Below, in pieces: positions 31,490 through 44,981 of a DNA stretch of 64,000 bases. Every line of letters starts with the position of its first letter. Positions within the stretch are counted from its first letter, which is position 1. The notes under the pieces are model-generated. The model did no database searches and was not told where the DNA came from. It was given only the letters and a program-made list of their open reading frames with translations. A program made the translations under genes and the position numbers. The stretch is from Octopus vulgaris (Eukaryota): assembly GCA_951406725.2 (NCBI GenBank), contig OX597840.1:19344001-19408000 (forward strand), given 5' to 3'.

Positions 31490-32206
31490 CCAAAAGAAGC
31501 TGTACATGTGTTTCATCGATTACTCCAAAGCCTTTGACAGCATTGATCATGACAAGTTATGGAAATGTCTGGAGGAAATGGGAACACCTTTACACCTTGT
31601 CCAGCTTATTAGATCACTCTGTCAAAACCAAGAGGCTACAGTACGGACATCATATGGCGACACTAATGGTTTGAGATTGGAAAAGGCATTCGGCAAGGTT
31701 GCATCCTGTCACCAGCAGCCTTCAACATGTACGCTGAAAAGGTCATGAGGAATGCAGGCCTGGAGGATAGCAGCATTGGAGTGAGGATTGGAGGAAGAAA
31801 TATTAATAACCTTTGCTATGAAGATGATACAACCCTGCTGGCGGAGAGTGGTAAGGATCTGGAGGATCTTGTCCTGCTGGTCAAGAAAGAGAGTGAGAAA
31901 TTTGGGATGTACCTCAATGTTAATAAAACGAAGATCATGTCTATAGCAGCCACAACAAACATCAACATCAAGATCGATAATGAAGAGATCGAAGTGGTTG
32001 ATGATTTCATCTTCATTGGCTCCAAAATAAATCGAGATGGTGACTGCACTCCAGAAATAAGACGGCGGATAGTACCAGGCAGAGAGGCAATGGTCAGCAT
32101 GAGCAGGGTCTGGAAGAGTAGAGACATCAGACTCGCTACCAAATGCAGATTGGTGAATGCAATTGTCTTCCCAATAGCAACATATGGATGCGAGACCTGG
32201 ACATGA
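31490..32206 (+). mobile_element. RTE (BovB-like) LINE RT fragment
   Basis: CFIDYSKAFDSIDH, GIRQGCILSP, IGGRNINNLCYEDDTTLLAES, LNVNKTKIM, YGCETWT; one frameshift. Confidence 0.92.
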
Positions 32207-32404
32207 GCATGTCAAGATGTGTAACTCTATGCATCAAAATACATACATAAAACATACAAATCTGAACATACATACATACATACCCTGTTGTTGATGTTGA
32301 AATTCTAATGGAGGAACCTTGGATCTAGGTTAGAAACCGGTTCTTTCTCTATTGCCAAGAAATCTTGAAATAAACTGTATGACATACATACATACATACA
32401 TACA

Positions 32405-32437
<33 letters not shown>

Positions 32438-32670
32438 GTATATGTGTATATATATATATATATATTTAACAATTTAATAAATAAAACATATGCATACATA
32501 CATACATATATGTATATACCTACATCTATATGTATATATACAAGCATATATGAGTACAGGACACCACAAATAAACGTAGAACACAATGAGAAACGAAAAC
32601 ATAAAAACAAAACAAGGAAACGGACTTTTTTTAACAACGAAAAAACAGAGTACAAAACAAACAACTGAGG

Positions 32671-32752
<82 letters not shown>

Positions 32753-33284
32753 GTGTGAGTGTATGTATGTATATATTATTACCGCCATTCACACCGACCA
32801 AATAAATAAACCAGTGTCACCACAAATCTCACCACCATCTTTTTTGGGTCCCACCAACAAAAGCTACACATCACCTCCACCTTACATCTACCACTCCCAC
32901 GTTCCCAGGACACCTGTCGCTAATATTTCCGTAGTGATCACAGGTAATACATTTGTTACATTGACAGCGGTAATAATAGTGGTGGTGGTGGTGTTGGTGG
33001 CCAAGGTGCAGGCGGTGGTGATGGTGATGGTGGTGGTGATGATGGTGATTATAGTGGTTTTGGTGATGGCGCCGGTGGTTGTAGTAGTGGTGGATGATGG
33101 CGCTGGTGGTGATGGTGGTTATGCTAATAATTGGTGTGGGTGGAGGTACGATTGGCAGTGTACTAATACCGTTGGATGGTAAGTTGAAAACGGTTTGCTG
33201 ATGTTGTTGTTGTTGTTGTTGCTTACATTTGTGTGAGTAGAGACAATGGCATAGGTGGTGGTGGAGGTAATAGTGGCGGCGAAA

Positions 33285-33897
33285 TTCTCTGGATCCCTTA
33301 CCGCAGACACATCCGTCTCCTCGAGCGCTTCCACCAGCGATGTCTCCGCACCATCCTCAACATTCACTGGTGTGACTTCGTCACAAACATTGAAGTCTTG
33401 GAGCGGGCCGAGATCCCCAGCATTGAAGTCATGCTACTGAAGTCCCACCTCCGATGGGCAGGGCATGTCTCCAGAATGGAGAACCATCGCCTTCCTAAGA
33501 TTGCCCTGTTTGGCGAACTCTCCACCGGCCACCGAGTGAGAGGAGCTCCGAGGAAGCGCTACAAAGACTGCCTCAAGAAGTCTCTAACAGCTTGCCATGT
33601 TAACCACCAATGCTGGTCAGACCTGGCTGCGGACCGTGATGTCTGGCGCCACACGATCTTCAACGCAGTCAGCAAGTTTGAGGAACAAAGAAGAGAAGCA
33701 CTTAAAGACAAAAGATCAGGAGGAAGGCGCGAGCCGCCTCTGACACCACACTGGATGTTACCTTCGTCTGTGGACACTGCTCACGGACCTGCCTTTCCCA
33801 TATCGGACTTGTCAGTCATGAGCGTGCATGCACGCGACGTGGACAGCCTTCCTGATCTTCGTTCACGAAGCCGAGCTATGATGATGATGATGATGAT
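33285..33897 (+). mobile_element. RTE LINE 3' fragment (second family) with (ATG)n tail
   Basis: LERFHQRCLRTILNIHW, LRWAGHVSRM, GAPRKRYKDCLK; terminal C2H2-like CGHCSRTCLSHIGLVSHERAC after a frameshift. Confidence 0.92.
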
Positions 33898-33931
33898 ATA
33901 TATATATATAGAGAGAGAGAGAGGGAGAGAG

Positions 33932-35270
33932 ACTAGCTTAAGGTGACCCGCTCTACGCGAGGGTAAGAGTGTGGTTGTTACTTTCTTTTGCTTCCTTTCT
34001 GTTTTTTATCACCACATTCTCCCTCTCTGTTTCTCTCTCACGTTCCCACTCTCTTACTCTTCCTTTCTCTCGGACTCTCCCTCGCTTTCTCTTACTCTCT
34101 ATCTTTCTCTATCTATCTCTCCCCCATTTATAAACAACAAAAGATCTTGAGTAAGTTGAGAAAGAAAATATTTTGAAAGATCAATCATAAATATCAGGCA
34201 GAAACAACGGAAAGGTCTGCTTCAAGGCAGACAGCAAAACACTAACATTTAAAAGGGACAGGCGAATTTGCGAGCTGAATAAAAAATTTAAAAGTTTGAA
34301 GGGATATAACCTGAGGATAGTAGACTTACCATGGCTGGCATTCAAAACTTCTTAATGACGGACTTGCAACGTAGTGGCAGTTTAACGGCTGACGCAAAAT
34401 TTTGAACTTGATGTAAAGGAAAATTCCTAAACACCAAGTTTTGAAGTGATTCTTTCTCACGACAGAAGACTCACCATGGCAGGCATTCAAAACTTCATGA
34501 CGGACAGCAACACATTGACGGTTTAAAGGCTGGCGCAATGTTTTAGCTTGATCTAACATCCCTTACAGCCTCATTTAGACCCCTTTTTACATAAAAATCC
34601 AATTTGTATCAACGTTCGCCTTCTTTATTTTATAGATTAGACTAGCTTTAGGTGACCCGCTCTACGCGCGGGTGAGGGTGTGGTTGTTACTTTCTGTTGC
34701 TTCCTTTCTGTTTCTTATCGCCACATTCTCCCTCTTTGTTTCTCTCACTTCCCACTCTCTTAGATCTTCCTTTCTCTCGAACTCTCCCTCGCTTTCTCTT
34801 ACTCTTTATCTTTCTCTATCTATCTATCTCCCATTTATAAACAACAAAAGATCTTGAGTAAGTTGAGAAAGAAATTATTTTGAAAGACCAATCATAAATA
34901 TCAGGCAGTGACAACGGAAAGCACACTTGCCTTTTGTACGTCCCACTATTTGAGCGATTAAAAATAAGGAGAAAGGATTTCTTTCTTAAATTTAGTACTT
35001 ATTTGGGGAATTTTTCGACGATTGCCCATGCAAATGAAAGCTCTAAACACGGACTACATTCAGCTGTAAATTTCTTTCAGAAAAAATGAAAACTGTAAAC
35101 AATAAAAAATAAAAGGTAAAAATACATAAAAATTAGGAATTTTTTTAATTTCAAAAATCTTGCCTTAATTTTCATAATTTCGAACCCATTTTCCGCGCTT
35201 AAATTACAAATCCACTTCCACTTTACTATGCTGAAAATTTGATTGAAATCGGGCAAAGGGTCTCCAATCT
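33932..35270 (+). mobile_element. Two head-to-tail Helitron/Helentron-like non-autonomous elements
   Basis: Both start actagc..gacccgctctacgcg.ggg (33932, 34641) and share ~290 bp; the first ends ...ttttatagat. Confidence 0.55.
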
Positions 35271-35297
35271 ATACCCCTAAGTGTGTGAGTGTATATA

Positions 35298-35511
35298 TAC
35301 ACGAATGGATGCTGAAAAATTACTAGCTTTGGATAAAATACAGAAGAATTAGTTAATTATGAATTTATTCAACATGTTCCCCTCTCACATTCGCACCCTT
35401 AACGTAAGTCCTTTAGTTTTTCTAGGCCCTATAAAAGAACTCGGAAGGTTGAGACTCTAGTCAGGCCTTTCGCAATACCCTTAAAGCCAGGAACTTTTCA
35501 GTATCCTTGTA
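35298..35511. mobile_element. mariner-type MITE
   Basis: Degenerate TIRs ggatgctgaaaaattactagcttt / aaagccaggaacttttcagtatcc; TA flanks. Confidence 0.6.
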
Positions 35512-35536
35512 TAAATATACCTGTCTATCTACCTAT

Positions 35537-35604
<68 letters not shown>

Positions 35605-35650
35605 TTATATATGTATGTGCGTCTATATGTATATATGTATATGTATATAT

Positions 35651-36048
35651 GAGTGGCTGTGTGGTAAGTAGCTTGTTTACCAACCACATGGTTCCGGGTT
35701 CAGTCCCACTGCGTGGCACCTTGGGCAAGTGTCTTCTACTATAGCCTCGGGCCGACCAAAGCCTTGTGAGTGGATTTGGTAGACGGAAACTGAAAGAAGC
35801 CCGTCGTATATATGCATATGTATGTATATGTGTGTGTGCGTGTATGTTTGTGTTTGTCCCCCTAGCATTGCTTGACAACTGATGCTGGTGTGTTTATGTC
35901 CCCGTCACTTAGCGGTTCGGCAAAAGAGACCGATAGAATAAGTACTGGGCTTACAAAGAATAAGTCCCGGGGTCGAATTGCTCGATTAAAGGCGGTGCTC
36001 CAGCATGGCTGCAGTCAAATGACTGAAACAAGTAAAAGATTAAAAGAG
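35651..36048 (+). mobile_element. Composite SINE B
   Basis: Head, short microsatellite, 3' module, taaaaga tail. Confidence 0.88.
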
Positions 36049-36659
36049 TATATATATATATATATACATGTTTGTGCGTGTGTGTGTTTGTTTGTGTATA
36101 TATATGTATATAAAAATATATATGTATGTTTATATAATGGTTTGATTCGGCTCTATGCAACTTAAAGTTTTTTGGGCTCCTAAATGGACAGTAGCACGTC
36201 ACGTTTAGATAACCGAATGGAGAAAGTTCAAGATGGTGACTTAAGATTGTGCTGCTGTTGGTCAAGGCAGGTCACGTGGTGTTTTTGATATTAGTGTTCA
36301 TACATAAAGCGGCAGAATCGTCAGCACGCGGGGCAAAATAGCGGCATTTCGTCCGTCTTTACGTTCTGAGTTCAAATTCAACCGCAGTCGACTTTGCCTT
36401 TCATTATTTTCGGGGTCAATAAAATAAGCACCAGTTGAACACCGGGGTCGATGTAGTCGACTTACCTCCTGCGCTGAATTCATGGCCTCGTGCCAGGATT
36501 TGAAACCGGTATTAGTGTTCATACCGTAGTGACATAAGAGAGATAGAGGTTCCAATCTCTATACATAAATACATGCAAGGATATTATACTGACAACCAAT
36601 AAATTTCGGTTCTTTCAAGCCATTTTGAACAAACAGTCTTTGCAACGGAATGACAATGC

Positions 36660-37720
36660 CCTTTTTTTCCTCCCAGTGTTCACACTCGTTGTATCAGCGA
36701 CAATCATCTTAACACAGTTCAATAAATTGTATTCATCCGAAACAGCTGTTATTCCTTTCACATCGACTTTTCCCTTTGGTAATTAGACTGCTTCTTACTT
36801 AACTTCTCACTGTTCATTCTTTAAAACTAGCACTTAGCATTATTGGTCATCAATACGTTTTACCATAAAAATGCAATGACCAGTTTTCTAAATGTAGTGT
36901 TTTCTTCATTTTCCTTTTTAGTTTAACAGCTTCTTTGATAGTCGATCTGTAAATACCAGATTGGAAAGGAGTCTCGACATTGATTCCAGCGTGACATAAT
37001 TGTCGACAAACTGTTGCTGCTTTTGGGTTGATAGCTTGGAAGATATTACTAACTTGGTTGCAGTTCCAGTTTTGCCATACTTCCTCCTTGTTTGAGTGGA
37101 TTCTTGATCTGATTTTTCAGACTCTTGATATTCACTTTCAGTCTCTGCTTCAGACGTTGAAGATGAGACTGGAGTTGCTCAGGTTGAAGTTGGCATTAAG
37201 GATACTTTTCTTCTTTTGGACGGGTGAATAGTTTTGGAACTGGCTTCCTTTCCAGTTGCATGCCCAACCTGTCCCTTGCTTTCACTTTGAAGATAATATA
37301 ACCTTCTATCCTCACTGCACAGCCATTCACCGCTTTCCTTTGTGATGTCAAAAATTCCTTTCAATGAATCGTATTTTCCTCGTTTTACACATTTATCGCA
37401 GGTATTCAGCACTTTTTCTAATTTTGCTCGTACATTTTTCTTTGATAAATACGGGAAATTTAATTTCTTTTGCCATAAAACTGTTACTTCTTTCGAAATT
37501 TCCTTTGCTCTTTATTTCCTTCCTTTGATGGTGCCTCCAAGGAACAGTTAGCGACTGACAATCTGAAGTTCCACTGGTATCCTGAAGTTGTTTTCCAAAG
37601 AATGCTCTTCTAGAGAAACAGGTCACGAGATTCTTCGTTCAGATTTTTTTCTTTCTTTGGGTGACACAAGCACTTCTCTTATGAGACATTATTTTAGATA
37701 ATCTAGTTGGATAAGCCTAC
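36660..37720 (-). mobile_element. Degenerate DNA-transposase fragment (possibly hAT/hATm-like)
   Basis: Broken frames: EWLCSEDRRLYYLQ, KAATVCRQL..GINVETPFQSGIYR, ENWSLHFYGK..VLVLKNE; superfamily assigned from memory only. Confidence 0.5.
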
Positions 37721-38586
37721 TATTCTGAAAAACAGTCAATATAGTCAGAGTTTTTATCGTCACAGAAATAAAAAGGAGAGGAAGATGATATTTCGTAAAG
37801 TAGGGCTTAAGTGGTAACAAATTAAAAACTCTATAAATTTGAGATATACTACTTCTACATTGCATTAAGTCAGCACGCCAAGTTTGGTAAAAACTTGAGT
37901 AGGCATTATGAACCCTCCTAGATTTGAGCATGATTTGGGTCAAAAGTGGTGTTAGATTTCTTCAGTTGGGCCATTTTTACTTTTGCATAAAATATAATGA
38001 TAATATATTCCAGTTTTGTATATATAGGCGTAGGGGTGGCTGTGTGGTACGTAGCTTGCTTAACAACCACATGGTTCCGGGTTCAGTTCCACTGCGTGGC
38101 ACCTTGGGCAAGTGTCTTCTACTATAGCCTCGGGCCGACCAAAGTATGACATATCAAATAGGTAACGTAACAAATCTTACGGCCGTTTCAGCATCCGTTG
38201 CCAAATGCTGTCTATAAATAATTGCGAAAATAAAATTTTTCATCCTCATTGGACATTCGAATTACAGCATGGACTAAAAAAAGAGGAGCAACCAATATAA
38301 ATAAAGGGAAGAAGAAAAAGGAAAGAAAACATGGCCTAGACAAAAAGTCTAAAAGCCCAATATATTAGAAGCATACAATTTACCATCTGGGGGCTATGTT
38401 TTCTCCATTTTCTAATTATTTGTATTTGTTTCCTGATAAACATTTGTTTATCCTGTTGTTATCTGCACTCTACGTGCATGGTGTGCCTGCGCACCAATAC
38501 CCGGTGATGATACGGGTAACGGATACCGATATTACATACGGATATTCTATCCCTTAGTCGGTTATTATGACCGCTAACTCTGTTTA

Positions 38587-38629
<43 letters not shown>

Positions 38630-38685
38630 CATATATATAGATATATAGATATATATATGCATATGTATATATATATGTATCTAAG

Positions 38686-38722
<37 letters not shown>

Positions 38723-38836
38723 ATATTTCGGAATGGTCATTTTGCCAATTTAGCCAATAAAAACACACGCACTATATATTTGGTGTTACTTTGCTTCAGA
38801 GTTATTTATTTTTTACATTAATCTTAATCTTATTTC

Positions 38837-38881
38837 GGCCAGAGTTCTTTCGTCACACTCCTGTGACCGCATCAGTGGTCC
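38837..38881 (-). ncRNA. Degenerate type I hammerhead-like motif
   Basis: GGACCA-CTGATGC-G-GTCACA-GGAG-TGTGAC-GAAA-GAAC-TC-TGGCC. Confidence 0.5.
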
Positions 38882-39098
38882 TTTGTTTTCTTCTCTCTTA
38901 TTTGTGTCTCTCTTTACTAACCGTCAGCCATTTTGTATTTCTATTGTATGTCTTCATTTGCGCATGCTTATATATATATATATGCACTTATATGTATATA
39001 TGTTTGTATATATATATGTGTATATATATGTGTATATATATATATATATGTATATATATATGAATATATATATGTATGTATATGCATATATATATATG

Positions 39099-39130
<32 letters not shown>

Positions 39131-39339
39131 AGTGTGTATAAATATATATATATATATGGGAAGCGGAGAGCGAGTCGATATTTGAGCAGACGTGTGTAGG
39201 CTTATATGTGCGCATGTGTGTGTATATATTTGTTCGAGTGTTTAAATGTAATATGTACATATGTGTGTATGTATGTTTGTGTGTGTGTGTAATATCTGTA
39301 TGCGTGTGCGTAAAAGCTAAGTACTTTATATACGTATGC

Positions 39340-39382
<43 letters not shown>

Positions 39383-39399
39383 ATTGGATCGATGGATGG

Positions 39400-39452
<53 letters not shown>

Positions 39453-39454
39453 CA

Positions 39455-39485
<31 letters not shown>

Positions 39486-39581
39486 TTTTGTATGTATGAG
39501 TATGTTTAAAAGGCAGAAGTAAAACATATATACACATATATTCATGCATACATACGTACATACATACATACATACATACAT

Positions 39582-39622
<41 letters not shown>

Positions 39623-39770
39623 TATAGAGACCACCATAAAAAGAACTGATCAAAAGCGAGACTGTCACATCAACCGACGTCACACTTTCGCAACAAACTA
39701 CACACACACACACACCTACACACACACACACACACACACACTACACACACACCTACACACACACACACAC

Positions 39771-39804
<34 letters not shown>

Positions 39805-40194
39805 CCCTACATATCAACGTAGAAACAAGCCGACACTGTTATTTTTTTTCTGTTTCTATTTCTTTTGAAGAGAAAACAGCTTACATTTCATTTCTTATCT
39901 TTTAATCTTCTGTGCCGTTTCTTTATTTCAAACATCTACTTTGATATATTAAACAACATTATGTGTCTGGGTGCAAATAGTTTTTTTTTTTCTGAATTCT
40001 GCCGTGTAAATACAGAATATATAATAAATTGCAAATGGCGGCGGGTTGAATGTACAGGAATATGTGATGTGTGCTTATGACTTATTGGTTTAGTGACGTA
40101 TGAACTATATTCTAGATATACCATGCACACCTATATGTATGTGTGTGTGTAAGTATGTGTATATATATGTATGTGAGTGTGTGTTCTCTCTGTG

Positions 40195-40273
<79 letters not shown>

Positions 40274-40376
40274 GCGCACACACACATATACATATATGTA
40301 TGTATTTATGAGGGTATCGAAACAATAGTAGTGATTAATAAAAATTCTCGTATCTTTCCTCTTCCGTCTCTCATTT

Positions 40377-40488
<112 letters not shown>

Positions 40489-40586
40489 CACACACATATA
40501 TATATACATACATACACACACACACATACACACATATATATATATACATACACACACACATATATCTATCTATTTATCTATCTATC

Positions 40587-40640
<54 letters not shown>

Positions 40641-40665
40641 TATATTTATACATATATATATATAC

Positions 40666-40738
<73 letters not shown>

Positions 40739-40840
40739 GTTAATCCAAACGTGAAAACACAGAGAGAAAACACAACAACGCTTGGATGTGAAACAAGTAT
40801 AGTGTTATTGGACGCTCAGGAAAGGAAAGAAGGAAGGAAG

Positions 40841-40875
40841 ATTTTACGTTTCGAGCGGAGCTCTTCGTCAGAAAC
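40841..40875 (-). ncRNA. Minimal type I hammerhead with canonical core
   Basis: GTTT-CTGACGA-A-GAGC-TCC-GCTC-GAAA-CG-TA-AAAT within a repeat (40741-40928) adjoining (TA)n. Confidence 0.65.
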
Positions 40876-41287
40876 ATAGAAAAAGGAAAGATCCAAGGAA
40901 TGGAAGACAGAGGAAGAAAATCGCCAATATGCAGTTAATACAACATGTATCAGAAAGAAGCACACACTAAAAAGTAGACCAGTAATTATTACAACAACAT
41001 TCTATAGAGAGTTACCCAAATTTTCGCACCCACAAAGCTAAATCCTTGTGGACAGCTCGTCAGACTCTATATGAATGCAAAATTTTAAAATATCTACGTT
41101 GCAGACGCGAAGAAACGTTTAGAACTCGAGGAATACGAAAAAGCGTTAATGAGTACTGGTTATTTACCCCTAATCAGATAGAAAAAAAACCTTTTATAGA
41201 CTCGGAGAGGCTTACTGAGCAAACAGGAAGGTCCAATTTTCTAGTAAGTAGCGCTTAAAGTGGATACATTGAGAAAAAACTTCTAAT

Positions 41288-41462
41288 GCAGGAGTGGCTG
41301 TGTGGTAAGTAGCTTGCTAACCAACCACATGGTTCCGGGTTCAGTCCCACTGCGTGGCATCCTGGGCAAGTGTCTTCTGCTATAGCCCCGAGCCGACCAA
41401 TGCCTTTGGCAGACGGAAACTGAAAGAAGCCTGTCGTATATATGTATATGTATATATATGTA

Positions 41463-41504
<42 letters not shown>

Positions 41505-41710
41505 TGTGTCTGTGTTTGTCCCCCTAGCATTGCTTGACAGCCGATGCTGGTGTGTTTACGTCCCCGTCACTTAGCGGTTCGGCAAAAGAGACCGATAGAA
41601 TAAGTACTGGGCTTACAAAGAATAAGTCCCGGGGTCGATTTGCTCGACTAAAGGCGGTGCTCCAGCATGGCCACAGTCAAATGACTGAAACAAGTAAAAG
41701 AGTAAAAGAG
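41288..41710 (+). mobile_element. Composite SINE B
   Basis: Head, (TA/TG)n, 3' module, (gtaaaaga)n tail. Confidence 0.88.
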
Positions 41711-41714
41711 TTTA

Positions 41715-42780
41715 ATGCTGTTTAATGTGCCACGCTTCTTAAGAATTTTGGTTCTCTTCGCGATGCAGATCTTGCAACAACCACTCCCATTAATATATGG
41801 GCCCGGAGAATCCACCTGACATCCGCCTGACATCACACAGGGTCCCTTGATCTTTGAGGTGCCACACATGGCGAGCCAGAGACGTAACAAACCGTCTTTC
41901 TGGATTGAGCCTAAGGATGACTGGTGGTTAAAAAAAAACGTTTCTTGAACGAAGTACTCGCTGAACCAATATATTTAGAAACAAGGGATGTGGCCCTATT
42001 CACATTCCTGGTAGCATATGGGGCGGGGCTGGTCATCACATCGGCGTCGAAGATGAATGTTTGGTCCTTATCTGAGGTGGCAGAACTGGGAACAGCAGAT
42101 ACCTATCTCTTTACTACCCACTAGGGGCTAAACACAAGGAGGACAAACAAGGACAGACAAACGGATTAAGTCGATTATATCGACCCCAGTGCGTAACTGG
42201 TCCTTAATTTATCGACCCCGAAAGGATGAAAGGCAGAGTTGACCTCAGCGGATTTGGAACTCAGAACGTAACGGCAGGCAAAACACCGCTAAGCATTTCG
42301 CCCGACGTGCTAACGTTTCCGCCAGCTCGCCACCTTATAGCAGATACCTCCTCCAAGCTGGTTGTTCTGGATAATTCATTATTTCCTGGTGCGGCGTTTG
42401 TACTGATCACTCTATCTGCATCTATGGTGTGTTCATTATCCGTGGCTGTGGTACCGGGATCTTTGGTGACGCTTTCAGTGAAGTTGGTCCCGCTCGGTTA
42501 TTATCTCTGGGCGTGGCAACTGTATTGGTGTGAGACCTGGTTACTCTGCTAATAATATTGCTGCTTGATGTTGCATTATTGTTATTACGGATATTAGGTC
42601 TAGGTATCACCGTATATGAGGCCTCCCACTGGAAAGTTATTATATACCCTGTATGAGCAACCTGCCTCCTCTCTTGTATTGTGGGTACTTACCAAAATGT
42701 TTTCTATGTTAGGTGCGCAACTAAAGGAAACTCTTAGGTTGTGCCTGTTAAACGAATGCCTGTATTTATGTGTGTGTGTA
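41715..42780 (-). mobile_element. Second Penelope-like element remnant (Neptune/Naiad-like GIY-YIG), interrupted by SINE A
   Basis: [26 protein letters not shown]; KYIGSASTSFKKRFF; SLARHVWHLKDQG; NGSGCCKICI; frameshifted. Confidence 0.7.
42108..42334 (-). mobile_element. SINE A
   Basis: Full head and body; agcagatacct is repeated on both flanks. Confidence 0.85.
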
Positions 42781-43178
42781 AAACAGTGAGGGCTGCTAAG
42801 GCAGACGAGGTAAGGGGGCGAATGCTGAGGAACATTCTTTGATAAGAGAAAAGGAGAGGAGATAGACAAGAATACGTCTAGTCTGCGTAACAGACCGGAA
42901 GAAAAGAAAGATGAACACGTGTGGAAAAAAAGATGGACGATGGTTACGTGTGAGCAACGAGAGAGTAAAGGAGGAAGAGAGAGACAGAGAGAGGGACAGA
43001 TAAAAAACGGTGAAGGGGAGAAAAAAGAATTAGAGAAAGGAAGAGAGATTGTTTCTCTTCCTTTCTCTAATTCTTTATTTCTCCCTTTCTCTCCCTTTCG
43101 TTTTTCCCTCTCATCCTTTCTGTAATTCTTTTTTTCTCCCCTTCTCCGTTTTCTAACTGTATATATGTATGTATATGC

Positions 43179-43281
<103 letters not shown>

Positions 43282-43853
43282 TGTATATATATAATTATAA
43301 TAATAAGGGTTTTTTGCAACAAGTTGCTTAAACCACATACCGAAAATTTTAGAAATAGCAGCCAAAAGACTACTATTTCCTTTTACTACTAAAATAAGTC
43401 TCCACAAACAACAATATTTGTAACTCACATATGGCAAAAAAAAAGAAGAAAAACAATGAAATCACACAGTCTTCGGTTAATTATGGACGTACGTTTCTGG
43501 ATTAGAATCGTAAGGTTCATTTCCTTTATCAACATAATATCCCCCATAAATCTAGAAATGCTAGGAAAATTTACCACTTATATTTTCGATCAAGCGACAT
43601 CGAAAAATATAAAAGCCAATTAGCATGTCCACATTTATATAGACAAGTGAATTCGTATTTCCCTCCAGAATTCTACCATGTGAGTCACAAAATAGTACTG
43701 CCGAAAAAAAGATTCGTAGTTTTGTCGTAGGGGAGTAAAATAGTCATTACAGGTGTAATATAATTAATTTAACAAAATCAACAAATTTCACCTAGTAGTA
43801 TTTCGGTATGGAAAAGGACCATATTCGGTAAAAATTTATATAATTATAATAAG

Positions 43854-43948
<95 letters not shown>

Positions 43949-43987
43949 GTGTGTGTATACATATAAGCTACTATACACGCACACACA

Positions 43988-44065
<78 letters not shown>

Positions 44066-44070
<5 letters not shown>

Positions 44071-44398
44071 CTTCGGTCATGAATGACCATGGAATTGCAT
44101 CTAGAAAGTTACCTTCCCAGGTACAAGTCCGGGCAAGGTTGTTTATGGAAGACCAGCAGTTGCCCATGCATACTGGCCCCTCCTCTCCACGCCACCGATG
44201 TTATCGAAGAGAAAGAGAGAGGGTGATACAGCTTGGCACCTGTGACGTCGCAACTCATTTCTAGGGCTGAGTGAGCTGCAGCAACGTGAAATAAAGTGTC
44301 TTGCTCAAGAACGCAACACGCAGCCCGGTCCGGGATTCGAACTCACAACCTCGCTATCGTAATCTCGACGCTCTAACCACAGGGCCATTTGTCTTCAC
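44066..44398 (-). mobile_element. tRNA-derived SINE family D
   Basis: Reverse complement: tggccctgtggttagagcg (A-box), gagttcgaatccc (B-box), cttgagcaagacactt (CORE/V-like), tail ccatggtcattcatgaccgaagggg. Confidence 0.8.
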
Positions 44399-44472
44399 AT
44401 ATATACACTAATATATATGTGTGTATATATATATATATATATACGCATATATATATATATACATATATATAC

Positions 44473-44569
<97 letters not shown>

Positions 44570-44593
44570 TATATACATATATATCTATATATC

Positions 44594-44637
<44 letters not shown>

Positions 44638-44724
44638 TTATTTATAATAAGATTACATCGTATACGAGTGGGTATATATTTGTAAAAAAGGAGTTTGAAA
44701 ATGCCACTATATTAGATAAATTTT

Positions 44725-44772
44725 AATTTTACATGTTTCGGTTCTTGAAATAACGAACCTTATCAAAAAAAA
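44725..44772 (-). ncRNA. Minimal type I hammerhead (U3-A8 core variant)
   Basis: TTT-TTGATAA-GGTTC-GTTATTTCAA-GAACC-GAAA-CATG-TA-AAA in a (TA)n-flanked island. Confidence 0.65.
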
Positions 44773-44857
44773 TTTTTTTATAATAAAGAGTATAATGGAA
44801 CAGTTCATAATTGTTATATACATTCAATAGAGTCCATGTTATATATATATACATATA

Positions 44858-44981
<124 letters not shown>

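Noticed and set aside
38175-38255. GAAAC-GGCC-GTA palindromic stem III on the minus strand
   Set aside because: The matching CUGANGA box is absent or too decayed (CCAATGA, far upstream)
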